A stretch of DNA of 48,591 nucleotides from IMG/VR virus record IMGVR_UViG_3300012038_000021, positions 1-48,591 of that record; one strand, 5' to 3'. Below the pieces are notes generated by a model. The model was not told where the DNA came from. It saw only the letters and a list, made by a program, of their open reading frames with translations, and ran no database searches. Each line of letters begins with the position of its first letter. The first letter of the stretch is position 1. Position numbers and translations under genes: made by a program. The DNA is from a virus. Taxonomy: Duplodnaviria; Caudoviricetes. This document shows, in pieces, positions 15,434 through 23,870 of this stretch.

Positions 15434-16116
15434 CAGGTTTGTGAGTTCGTTTGAGTCTACTAAGCAAGTTGACTTACTTGTTGCCGAGTGAATCGTTGGT
15501 GATTGACGTATCTTCCTTTACGGGAAGAACGGGAGCGACTTCGGAAGAGACTGGAACGGCTGTTGTCGAAATGACTTCACCGTTAGCAACCAGATTGACC
15601 TTCCACTGACCGGCTGCCTTCTTCTTGTCGGCAACCTTCTTCAGCTTGGCAGCAAACTCTTCCAGAGTGTCTGGTTCGATTTCTGCCGTCTTGAACTTCT
15701 TCTGGTTGATGTGGAAGACCTGAGCGTATTCGATGGCCTTCTCTTCCGTTTCTGCCAAGTCGTTGTCGAAGAGGAAGGTTGACACTTCATCAACTTCGAT
15801 TTCTTCCTGAACAGAAGCGTAGCGAGTGATTTCAAGAGTGCCACGCAACATGGCCTCCATAATCATACGCTGGTTGTGATTGAAGAACGTTTCTACGGCA
15901 TCCGTCACTTCCTGCCGAGTGCAGTCTTTCAGGAATTCGTAGGTAAAGCGAATTGCCTTACCGTTCACAATCACAGGTGTTCCAAAAGCCTCGATAGTCT
16001 GAAGACCTTTGACACCCTTACCCTTGCGGGCAATCTGAACCTTGTGGAGTTTCAACATTGGAACCTACCTAACCTTGTGAAAGGCCTAGTAGACTCGAAA
16101 GAACCCACAAACCTGT
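15433..16116 (-). repeat. Gene-enclosing stem S1 (arms 15433-15465 / 16084-16116)
   Basis: 33 positions: 29 WC, 2 G-U, 2 mismatches; abuts S2. Confidence 0.9.
15474..16058 (-). CDS. Hypothetical protein, first gene of the early arm
   Basis: 194-aa ORF inside S1. Confidence 0.75.
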   Translation of the reverse strand: MLKLHKVQIARKGKGVKGLQTIEAFGTPVIVNGKAIRFTYEFLKDCTRQEVTDAVETFFNHNQRMIMEAMLRGTLEITRYASVQEEIEVDEVSTFLFDNDLAETEEKAIEYAQVFHINQKKFKTAEIEPDTLEEFAAKLKKVADKKKAAGQWKVNLVANGEVISTTAVPVSSEVAPVLPVKEDTSITNDSLGNK

Positions 16117-16294
16117 TAACTCTTGCGATTCTAACCTGCTAGCCGTTTAGCCTACTTAGCTGGCACGGTAACTGCAAGTAATACGCTTGTGTGGCGTTTA
16201 CCCTAACAGTTACCTAAGCCATTCAAGAGGTAGTGTGACTACCAACCACTAGTAATGGATAGGGACGCTAACGTGATTAGCTGTCGCAAGAGCC

Positions 16295-16313
16295 TATTCA
16301 GTTTTCAAAGAGC
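16295..16313 (-). promoter_or_regulatory. rrn-type boxA antitermination element
   Basis: Minus strand reads GCTCTTTGAAAACTGAATA, matching the rRNA leader/spacer boxA pattern GYTCTTTRAMAA. Confidence 0.6.
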
Positions 16314-16423
16314 GTGCCATAACACCTATCCAGAACCGTATTACGCTGGCGTCAGTCTCTGGCAGCAAGTAATGCCTACCTGCTAGCGACCTCTAATCAG
16401 TGCAAGAGGCTACACCTATACAA

Positions 16424-16440
16424 TGCAGAATCGATGCCAG
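16424..16440 (-). promoter_or_regulatory. Possible sigma54 (-24/-12) promoter
   Basis: CTGGCATCGATTCTGCA versus consensus YTGGCAC-N5-TTGCW. Confidence 0.4.
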
Positions 16441-16885
16441 CTTGCCTCAAGGCTACCGTTTGCCCGGACAATCGATTAGTCACCTTGTAGGTAGATATTA
16501 GTCAACTAATACGCTAATAGGTCGACATTCGCTTTTTCTTCGCTATTGCCGGGAGTTTTAGGTTGTTTGACCTATAAGTATTAGTGGGGCAAATGACCTA
16601 AAGCACCACGGCCACCCCACCCATACCCCAAAACTATTATTGTTCCATTCCGTGGTCTGGAGGGAAACCTAGATACTGAGTGTTTTTATAAGAAAAGATA
16701 CTAAGCATCTTTATCAAGAAAGATAAGAAAAAACAAATAACTAAAAATATAAAAAATAAAAAAATTAGGACAAAACATAGTGTGGACAAGCTGTGGACTG
16801 AGAAAACCTAAGAAAACACTAGGGAAACCGGCTTGATTTCTAACCTGTCCTGTGTTAAGGTGGTACCGCACCTGGAATTATACCC

Positions 16886-17419
16886 ATGTATATTACTCCT
16901 GAAGAACTAAAACAAAGACTCGCTAAGACAGAGTTAAGAATACAGGAGAGGTCTAGAAAGCCGCGGGGGGAAGAGAAACGATTAACTCCGGATGAAAGGA
17001 CAATGATTGGAATCCTTGAGTCAATCGATACCCAAAAGGCTGTCGCGGAAATTATGGGTGTTTCCCAGACAACAGTTAGTAACAATTCGAGAGGATTAGT
17101 AGGAGTAAGTACTGGAGTTAATAAAGAGCTTAAGGAATCAGTTGAAAAAGGAAAAACAACAATAGCAGAAGAAAGAATTGAACACGAAAAAAAGATTCAG
17201 GAACAATTAGTAACTAACTTAGCTGCCGCTCTTGGCCAAGTTGCCAATAATCTTTCTGGTACTGATGCGAGCGAAGCTAGCAGGATTGCCGTTGATATGT
17301 CTAAGATTCTTGACCGGGTAACTGGGAACGGTAAAGATCATAAAGGCAATCGAACGGCAATTATCATTAATGTGCCGAGTATGAAGGAAGAGACGCACTA
17401 CCAAACGATTGACGTCTAG
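16886..17419 (+). CDS. HTH protein, probable terminase small subunit
   Basis: HTH TQKAVAEIMGVSQTTVSN, helical middle, first gene of the late arm. Confidence 0.5.
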   Translation: MYITPEELKQRLAKTELRIQERSRKPRGEEKRLTPDERTMIGILESIDTQKAVAEIMGVSQTTVSNNSRGLVGVSTGVNKELKESVEKGKTTIAEERIEHEKKIQEQLVTNLAAALGQVANNLSGTDASEASRIAVDMSKILDRVTGNGKDHKGNRTAIIINVPSMKEETHYQTIDV

Positions 17420-17451
17420 CGGTTCCCGCTGGATTGAACAGGGAGAAACAA

Positions 17452-17769
17452 ATGCCTTTAGCGAACATTACGTGGTTAGACGGTGGATTAGTTGGCGGAC
17501 CAGTAGATCCGGGTTATGGTGTTGGAACTCCAATGCCAGGTCGGCCAAGTAATGAACTTCCAAAGCCGCCCGGCTCGATTGGAACTCTTCCAGTGTTTCC
17601 TTTTGACCCTACTCTTCAACCAGACAATTCATTACCCGGTCCACAACCGACTCCTACTCCTCCCATTCAACTTCATCCCGGCCTTAAGCTAGTAGTGAAG
17701 TGGGTTGCTTGTTTAGGATTCGTTGCTGTTCCCGATAACTCTCTTCCAGATTACGCACAACCAAAGTAG
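17452..17769 (+). CDS. Proline-rich hypothetical protein (PVDPGYG, PDNSLP repeats)
   Basis: GGGAG RBS; 105 aa. Confidence 0.7.
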   Translation: MPLANITWLDGGLVGGPVDPGYGVGTPMPGRPSNELPKPPGSIGTLPVFPFDPTLQPDNSLPGPQPTPTPPIQLHPGLKLVVKWVACLGFVAVPDNSLPDYAQPK

Positions 17770-17775
17770 GTTAAA

Positions 17776-17997
17776 ATGCCTATTGATAAACCATATGCGT
17801 ATCACAAGCCGAGTCAAGTAGGGCTGGAAAAAATCACATTATTACGCCAGAAATTTAGTGAAGTAGAAGAACTAATGAGAGAGGTTTGTCCTCCATCTCG
17901 TCATCTCTCTCATGCAATTACTTGTAATGAGACTACTGCAATGTGGGCAATTAAAGCAGTCGTGTTCAATGATCCAAATAGTGAGATAGAGGTATAA
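17776..17997 (+). CDS. Acb2/Tad1-like helical-hairpin protein (candidate cyclic-nucleotide sponge)
   Basis: YAYHKP...LRQKF...CPPSRHLSHAIT..ETTAMWAIKAV resembles the family pattern SRE.SLAIT.LE.A.MWA. Confidence 0.6.
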   Translation: MPIDKPYAYHKPSQVGLEKITLLRQKFSEVEELMREVCPPSRHLSHAITCNETTAMWAIKAVVFNDPNSEIEV

Positions 17998-17998
17998 C

Positions 17999-18181
17999 AT
18001 GCCAAGTGGATACAATCCAGAAGAAACAGCAAGAGATTGGGAAACGCTCCAACAGGATACGGATTCCAAAACTCAACGTCTACGTATTAAAGGTGGCTGG
18101 CTCTACCGTACTGTAACGACAGCTTCACAGCACGTAGCTTTAGCGTTTGTTTCAGTTCATGACGAGAGTATCGATGGTTAA
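17999..18181 (+). CDS. Small hypothetical protein
   Basis: GAGG RBS; TQRLRIKGGWLYRT. Confidence 0.6.
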   Translation: MPSGYNPEETARDWETLQQDTDSKTQRLRIKGGWLYRTVTTASQHVALAFVSVHDESIDG

Positions 18182-18198
18182 AAGTCTAAAGGTGGCCA

Positions 18199-18606
18199 AT
18201 GAGAGTATGTCTAGCACTGTGCCTATTACTAATCGTAGGAGCATGTGATAGAGAAATAACTATCAATCTACCAACAGAGCCTACTCAAAAAGAAGAACCA
18301 AAAGTAATTACTAGCAAGATAGAGTTTAGGGTAGTTGGTAATGCTTCTTCTGTTAGGATTAGGTATAGTACTCCGGCTGATGGATTGATACAGACAGTAA
18401 CCTCTTTACCATTCTTTGCAGCATTTAACACGACTGAGAGTTTACTGTTCCTATCATTAGACGTAACACCTTTAGCATTTCCATTGTCAGTAACAATACC
18501 TTTCCTATCAGCGCAAGTGTTCGTTAACGGTAATCTATTCCGAGAAGCAACTAGTAGTGATTTCTTCTCCACTACCTTATCGGTGACTGGAACATGGCGA
18601 CGATAG
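18199..18606 (+). CDS. Predicted lipoprotein
   Basis: Signal peptide with lipobox VGAC, then a beta-rich domain. Confidence 0.65.
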   Translation: MRVCLALCLLLIVGACDREITINLPTEPTQKEEPKVITSKIEFRVVGNASSVRIRYSTPADGLIQTVTSLPFFAAFNTTESLLFLSLDVTPLAFPLSVTIPFLSAQVFVNGNLFREATSSDFFSTTLSVTGTWRR

Positions 18607-18842
18607 GTAACTGGGAAGTTCTTATTGAAGAAGATAGAGAGTTTCCTAGAACTCCCGGTAATCCAGCTGATGGTAAGATTAGAGTAATAACGTATAGCTT
18701 TACTTACGTTCCTAGAAACTTTACATTACCACATCAAGAGATTTTCTTTTTAGAGTTTCGAGATGATGATGGAATTAGAGAGTTTTTAGTGGAGCGATTG
18801 GCTATACTAAAAACGGAAATCGTTGACAAACTTCCCAGTTAG
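18594..18842 (+). CDS. Hypothetical protein
   Basis: 82-aa ORF. Confidence 0.55.
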   Translation: MATIGNWEVLIEEDREFPRTPGNPADGKIRVITYSFTYVPRNFTLPHQEIFFLEFRDDDGIREFLVERLAILKTEIVDKLPS

Positions 18843-18852
18843 GAGATTGACA

Positions 18853-19251
18853 ATGGCTAATGAAAAGACTTACGATGCTCCCAAACCGGCTCCACTTCCT
18901 TCTACGCCCGTTTCATTAACGGACAAGGAAAGGGCTGAGAGAGATGCTAGGCAAACAAAGCCTGTTCCAACCGCTTTGCCTAAGACTCCACGAGAAGCAT
19001 TAGAATGGGAACGTACTCATTCAAAGCATCCTCCTGTCTTTGTTGAAGCCAATCTGCCGGGTGACTTTGATGAACCTTTCAAGGTAGCAGAGCCAAGGGA
19101 ATTAACTCCGGCTGAACAGGAAGTAAAGAAGCAGAAGGATGAACTAGTCAAACAGATTAGTGAAATCCTTGGTAAGTTTGACCATCGAGAGTCAAACATT
19201 CCTGCTAATCACGAATACTGGGCTTTGGTTGCTAAGTACCGAGCACTCTAA
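18853..19251 (+). CDS. Hypothetical protein
   Basis: AGGAG RBS before MANEKTYD. Confidence 0.65.
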   Translation: MANEKTYDAPKPAPLPSTPVSLTDKERAERDARQTKPVPTALPKTPREALEWERTHSKHPPVFVEANLPGDFDEPFKVAEPRELTPAEQEVKKQKDELVKQISEILGKFDHRESNIPANHEYWALVAKYRAL

Positions 19252-19631
19252 TGATTGTCAAACTGATGGGTCAGCCGGGTACTTATCGTGGCATTAATAC
19301 TGACCACGCAACTAGTGTTGTTGGTAGAGATGTTACTATTGCCCAGCCGCCAGAAGAATCAGGAGATAGGATATGGGTATTGGATGCAATTCAATACTCA
19401 TTTGCTCAAGAGGATGGCGCTACTACGTCGGCCGCGCCGATTAAGAGTAGGCTTACTGTTCGGCTGGATGATAAGATTAAATGGGAAGCAGACATTCCAG
19501 ATTGGACTGGAGTTCTGAATCTCTACATCCCCAGTCAAACAGATAAGACTATTAGTGTTACTCTAGCTTCTGGCGGCATAAACTACATTGGTAAGTTGAA
19601 TTGCCAATGGCATTTAGAACCTGCTCAGTAA
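19251..19631 (+). CDS. Hypothetical beta-rich protein (possibly virion-associated)
   Basis: 126-aa ORF, TAATG coupling. Confidence 0.6.
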   Translation: MIVKLMGQPGTYRGINTDHATSVVGRDVTIAQPPEESGDRIWVLDAIQYSFAQEDGATTSAAPIKSRLTVRLDDKIKWEADIPDWTGVLNLYIPSQTDKTISVTLASGGINYIGKLNCQWHLEPAQ

Positions 19632-19745
19632 TTGATAGTCTATCCGCTCTTGATCTTGCTCTGCTGCACGGCGCAGCCGGGCGGGTGAACGGCAGACAGG
19701 TAACGGTGAAGCTTCACACTAACCAGCGCACTTCGGGCACTTTAA

Positions 19746-21407
19746 ATGTTAACAAATAGAATAGAAGTTCAATCGGTAGTTGAACGGGAGTTTACTCCCA
19801 CAAAGAAGCAAAATGACTTTATCGCAATTCCTTGGTCTGTTAAGGAAGCATTGTACGGTGGTGCTGCTGGAGCCGGAAAGACAGAACTCATTATATGGTT
19901 GCCTCTTATCTATCAGTTCCATGAACATCCTTTGTACAAGGGAATCATATTACGTCGTAATCTCAAACAATTAGAGACTGAATTAATATCTCGTTCCAAA
20001 GAAATATATCCTTCGCTCGGTGGGGTTTTTAATGATACCAAAAAGAAATGGACTTTCCCCTCAGGAGCAGTTCAATATTTTGGCGGAGCAGATAAAGAGG
20101 ATGATATTAGAAAATTCGACTCCGATCAATATAATCTCATCTCTTATGACGAGGCAACCCACTTTACAGAATTCCAGTATTCATATCTCGTTATGTCCCG
20201 GCTCCGTTCTAGATGTGCAGATCTTCCTGCAATTGCAAGAAGTGGAACCAATCCGGGTAACGTTGGACACGCGTATTTTAAAAAGCGATTCGTTAAGCCT
20301 TGGAAAGAAGGATACCGACTCCTTATCGATTCAATCACCGGACTGAAAAGGATATTCATTCCGGCAAGGATTCAAGACAATCCGACGCTATTAGCAAACA
20401 ATCCAGAGTACATCCAACAGTTGATGTCTCTGAGTGAAGCAGAAAAGAAAGCTAAACTATATGGTGATTGGGATACATATGAAGGACAGGTCTTTAACGA
20501 ATTCCGTCTTGAGCCACTTTCAGATGAACCAGACAACGCAAGACATGTTATTGAGCCTTTTTCGATTCCAAGTTGGTGGCCGAGATTCATTGCAATTGAT
20601 TGGGGATACGCAGCTTACACTGTCATCTACTGGGCCGCATTATCTCCCAATGGTAGGGTCTTTGTCTACAGAGAATATGCCTTCAAAGGAAAGAAAGTTG
20701 TAGACTACCTAACAGATTTGATTAACTTAACCCAGCCGGAGGAACGAGAGATTCTAGCAAAGGTTAAGATTTGTCATTCAGCCGACCAGAACAAAGGTGA
20801 ACCATCAACAATATATGATCAACTCCAGAAGTCTTTACGCAAAGCAGAATTCAAATGTGGCATTGAACTTGGAGAAAGAAATAGAATTAATGGTAAGTTG
20901 GCTTTACATGAATACCTCCGGTGGACGCCTAAGGACTCAGTGGCTAAAATATATGGAGGAGATTTCGACAAAGAGTATGCAGACAAAGTGTTCAGATTAT
21001 ATGGTCAAACAGCTTATGTAGAATATGTAAAACTATTTGAATCTGAGAAGGATGAAAAGAATTTACCCAAGCTTCAAATATTTGATACCTGTCCAATGTT
21101 AGTAGAAACGATTCCGGCTTGCGTATACGCTGACTCTCCTGAAGAAGGAAAGAAAGCGGAGGACGTAAAGGAGTTTGACGGTGACGACCCTTACGACTGT
21201 ATACGAATCCTCCTCACCGGAATCAGGGAGTACCAAGTTCAAAATGCCAAGCAATTTGAGCATGATGCAAAGACTCAAGAAGCTATTAACCAACTTTCTC
21301 AAGGCGATCAAACAGCTTTTTACCGTAAGATGGAATACCTCGAATCAAAGAAAGAAGCAAGAAGCGGAACAACTTTCCGTCGTCGTGGCTTTAGAAGGTA
21401 CCATTAG
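19746..21407 (+). CDS. terL: Terminase large subunit
   Basis: LYGGAAGAGKT, YDEATHF, GTNPG, nuclease motifs IAIDWG and DDPYD. Confidence 0.93.
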   Translation: MLTNRIEVQSVVEREFTPTKKQNDFIAIPWSVKEALYGGAAGAGKTELIIWLPLIYQFHEHPLYKGIILRRNLKQLETELISRSKEIYPSLGGVFNDTKKKWTFPSGAVQYFGGADKEDDIRKFDSDQYNLISYDEATHFTEFQYSYLVMSRLRSRCADLPAIARSGTNPGNVGHAYFKKRFVKPWKEGYRLLIDSITGLKRIFIPARIQDNPTLLANNPEYIQQLMSLSEAEKKAKLYGDWDTYEGQVFNEFRLEPLSDEPDNARHVIEPFSIPSWWPRFIAIDWGYAAYTVIYWAALSPNGRVFVYREYAFKGKKVVDYLTDLINLTQPEEREILAKVKICHSADQNKGEPSTIYDQLQKSLRKAEFKCGIELGERNRINGKLALHEYLRWTPKDSVAKIYGGDFDKEYADKVFRLYGQTAYVEYVKLFESEKDEKNLPKLQIFDTCPMLVETIPACVYADSPEEGKKAEDVKEFDGDDPYDCIRILLTGIREYQVQNAKQFEHDAKTQEAINQLSQGDQTAFYRKMEYLESKKEARSGTTFRRRGFRRYH

Positions 21408-21609
21408 AGCAAAGGATGAGTTCATTGTTTACTTGCAAGATGAAGTAGCTGAACTCAAAGCTTTAATGAGAGATGAAAAGTTTGACAGAGTAAAGAACGA
21501 AGTTGAGTTCAAAGGTGCCAGAGGTTACAGGTCAGTTTACTCAAAGATAAGAGAACAAGCATTAGCTAACAAGGTTAAACATACTGCATTAGAGATTGAA
21601 GTAGAATGA
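21262..21609 (+). CDS. Hypothetical coiled-coil protein overlapping the terL 3' end
   Basis: Fills the terL-portal gap; ATGA overlap with portal; start uncertain. Confidence 0.5.
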   Translation: MMQRLKKLLTNFLKAIKQLFTVRWNTSNQRKKQEAEQLSVVVALEGTIRAKDEFIVYLQDEVAELKALMRDEKFDRVKNEVEFKGARGYRSVYSKIREQALANKVKHTALEIEVE

Positions 21610-23858
21610 ACGGCCCAACTGAAGCTCCTCCAGAACTTCCATTAGATGATACTGGTGAGAAACCAAAGCAAGCTACAGCTGTGCCCGATGAGTGGAAATC
21701 TCTTCTTACTACTTTACTATCTAGATGTGAGTTAGAGGATGAGGCCGTCCACTACGCATGGGTTAGAAAAGCAAAGCGTTTGGAATTATACTTCAATAAC
21801 ATTGTCACTCTCTTCTGGGATAACTTACAGAATGATTGGAGTATTCCAAACTGGGACGAAAAAGAGAGTGAGGGAATTCCTCCTCGCATAATTAATATTT
21901 ATCGTCCTCATGGAGAAAGCATCATAGCCGCACTCTCCGTAGGAGTACCTACCGTTTTATTCTTCCCTGAAGATGCTGATAACCCTGATGACATTGAGAA
22001 AGCTGAAGCCTATAGCTCTCTGGCTAAAATTATTCAGAAACACAATAAAGCAAAGTTATTATACATTAAAATCCTTTCCATTCTTTTCAATCAAGGAACT
22101 CCGTTCGTCTATTCCTACTCTAAGAAAGACAGAAAGTTTGGTTTTTATCAGGTAGAAGAAGTTAGTCTTCAAGAACAAACCTCTCATAGTCATGAATGTC
22201 CTGTTTGTGGTAATCCTTTTGGTGAAGGTAGTCAAGAAGGTGTTCCGCTTCAATGTCCTTCCTGTCAACAACAGGTTACTACCGAAGTAACTCCACAGAC
22301 TGTTCAGATTCCTGTCCCTATTCAGGTAAACAAAGAGAAATCTAGAATCATTATTGACCCATTTGGAGTTCTCAATGTTAAAGTTCCTTACCATGCTAGG
22401 ACGCCGGAGCATTGTGGCTTTCTTATACTTAAATTTGATCAGTCAATTGCTGCTCTTCGGTCTATTTTTTGTATAAACGGTCCTAATGGAGAAGAGCCGC
22501 TTGTTGATAATATTGAGCCTAGTACTGCTGACATCTCTGTTGATTCTACTATTAGATACCCTTCTGTCTACCTTAATAATCAACCGCAAAATACCGCAAT
22601 AGTCAAGTGTGTTTGGTATAGACCTTGGCAATTAGAGCTAGTAACTGGTAAGGGTGACTCAGTTAATAGAGATATAGTTGACCAGATTAACAAAAAGTAC
22701 CCAGAAGGTACCTACGTAATCTATGTAAACCAAGATCCGGTTGAAATTAACGGTGAAAGTATGGATGACCATTGGACTATGGGATTAGATCCTCGTAGTT
22801 CCTCACTCCATGCTGAGCCGCTTGGAACAAATCTTGCAATGATTCAGGATATTAATGCAGAAATCGACGAACTTGAGCTTCAGACGATGGAACATGGAAT
22901 CGCTGAGCTATTCATTGCGTCGGACGCTATTGATTTCCAAAAGTATGGTAATCAGCAAGCTAAACCGGGTAACATTACCCAAGCATTCAAAGAACCGGGA
23001 AGAAACATTGCAGAAAACTTCTTTGAAACTCGTACTGCTCAGCTTTCCCCTGAAATTGTTGGGCTTACTGCTAAATATCGTAATCTTGCTGAGTTTGTTA
23101 CTGGCGACTTTCCTACTGTTTACGGCGGCTCCGTTCCTGGAACTAGCACAGCGACGGAGTATACGAAAAGCCAGAATCAAGCGTTACAAAGATTGGGTAC
23201 AGTCTCGGCAATAGCCTCTTTCCTTTGGGCAGACGTAATTGATAAGGCTGTTAGAGAGTATGCCGGTCTGTTAGAGTATGATGAGAAGCTAACTGATAAG
23301 ACTTCAGCCGGATTTGAGACGACTAAAGTAGATCACATGTCTCTTAAACGAGGAGAAGTTGGTAATTGTGAACCAGAATTCTCTGAGTTGTTGCCAATCT
23401 CACCCATGCAGATCAAAGATACCATCATGCTCTTAATGCAAGCTAAAGATCCGATGGTAATGGCAATGCTCACCCATCCCCAGAATAATGAATTGGTAAA
23501 GAAAGCACTCTCCATTCCCGAACTTTACATTCCTGGAATTAATGCAAGGACTAAGCAGTATCGGGAAATCTCTCTGCTTGTTCAACAACAGCCGGTTCCT
23601 TCTCCTAATTCTCCATTAGGAATGGAATCGTCTATTGTTCCTGAGGAGTATGAAGACCACTCGGTAGAGATGGAAGTTTGTGTTGTTTGGTTAAGTGGTT
23701 TCAAGGGTCAGAAAGCGAAGGTAGAAAATCCACCCGGATACCATAATGTTTTCCTTCATTGGAAAGCTCATCAAATGATGCAACAAATGAGAACAGAAGT
23801 TCCAAATGAAACACCTCAAGGTCAAGAGCCAGATTCCGCTTCAACAAGAATTCCTTAA
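21606..23858 (+). CDS. Portal protein (with Zn-ribbon insertion)
   Basis: 750 aa, follows terL; IINIYRPH, ATEY...QALQRLG patterns; CPVC...CPSC insert. Confidence 0.8.
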   Translation: MNGPTEAPPELPLDDTGEKPKQATAVPDEWKSLLTTLLSRCELEDEAVHYAWVRKAKRLELYFNNIVTLFWDNLQNDWSIPNWDEKESEGIPPRIINIYRPHGESIIAALSVGVPTVLFFPEDADNPDDIEKAEAYSSLAKIIQKHNKAKLLYIKILSILFNQGTPFVYSYSKKDRKFGFYQVEEVSLQEQTSHSHECPVCGNPFGEGSQEGVPLQCPSCQQQVTTEVTPQTVQIPVPIQVNKEKSRIIIDPFGVLNVKVPYHARTPEHCGFLILKFDQSIAALRSIFCINGPNGEEPLVDNIEPSTADISVDSTIRYPSVYLNNQPQNTAIVKCVWYRPWQLELVTGKGDSVNRDIVDQINKKYPEGTYVIYVNQDPVEINGESMDDHWTMGLDPRSSSLHAEPLGTNLAMIQDINAEIDELELQTMEHGIAELFIASDAIDFQKYGNQQAKPGNITQAFKEPGRNIAENFFETRTAQLSPEIVGLTAKYRNLAEFVTGDFPTVYGGSVPGTSTATEYTKSQNQALQRLGTVSAIASFLWADVIDKAVREYAGLLEYDEKLTDKTSAGFETTKVDHMSLKRGEVGNCEPEFSELLPISPMQIKDTIMLLMQAKDPMVMAMLTHPQNNELVKKALSIPELYIPGINARTKQYREISLLVQQQPVPSPNSPLGMESSIVPEEYEDHSVEMEVCVVWLSGFKGQKAKVENPPGYHNVFLHWKAHQMMQQMRTEVPNETPQGQEPDSASTRIP

Positions 23859-23870
23859 AGTAGGTGAATA

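Noticed and set aside
13966-16116. Inverted repeats as invertase sites, IS ends or MITEs
   Set aside because: No recombinase or transposase gene or target duplications; each pair has a different sequence and mismatches favour G-U on one strand.
16155-16355. Short matches to the 16S rRNA 530 region on the minus strand (CCGTGCCAGC; GCCAGC..GTAATACGG)
   Set aside because: Only 9-10 nt, not collinear with 16S, and compatible with chance; no rRNA gene is present.
10073-16800. DnaA-box-like words (TGTGGACAA at 16781, inverted TGTCCACA/TGTGGACA near 10073-10102)
   Set aside because: Few and scattered; insufficient to call an origin.
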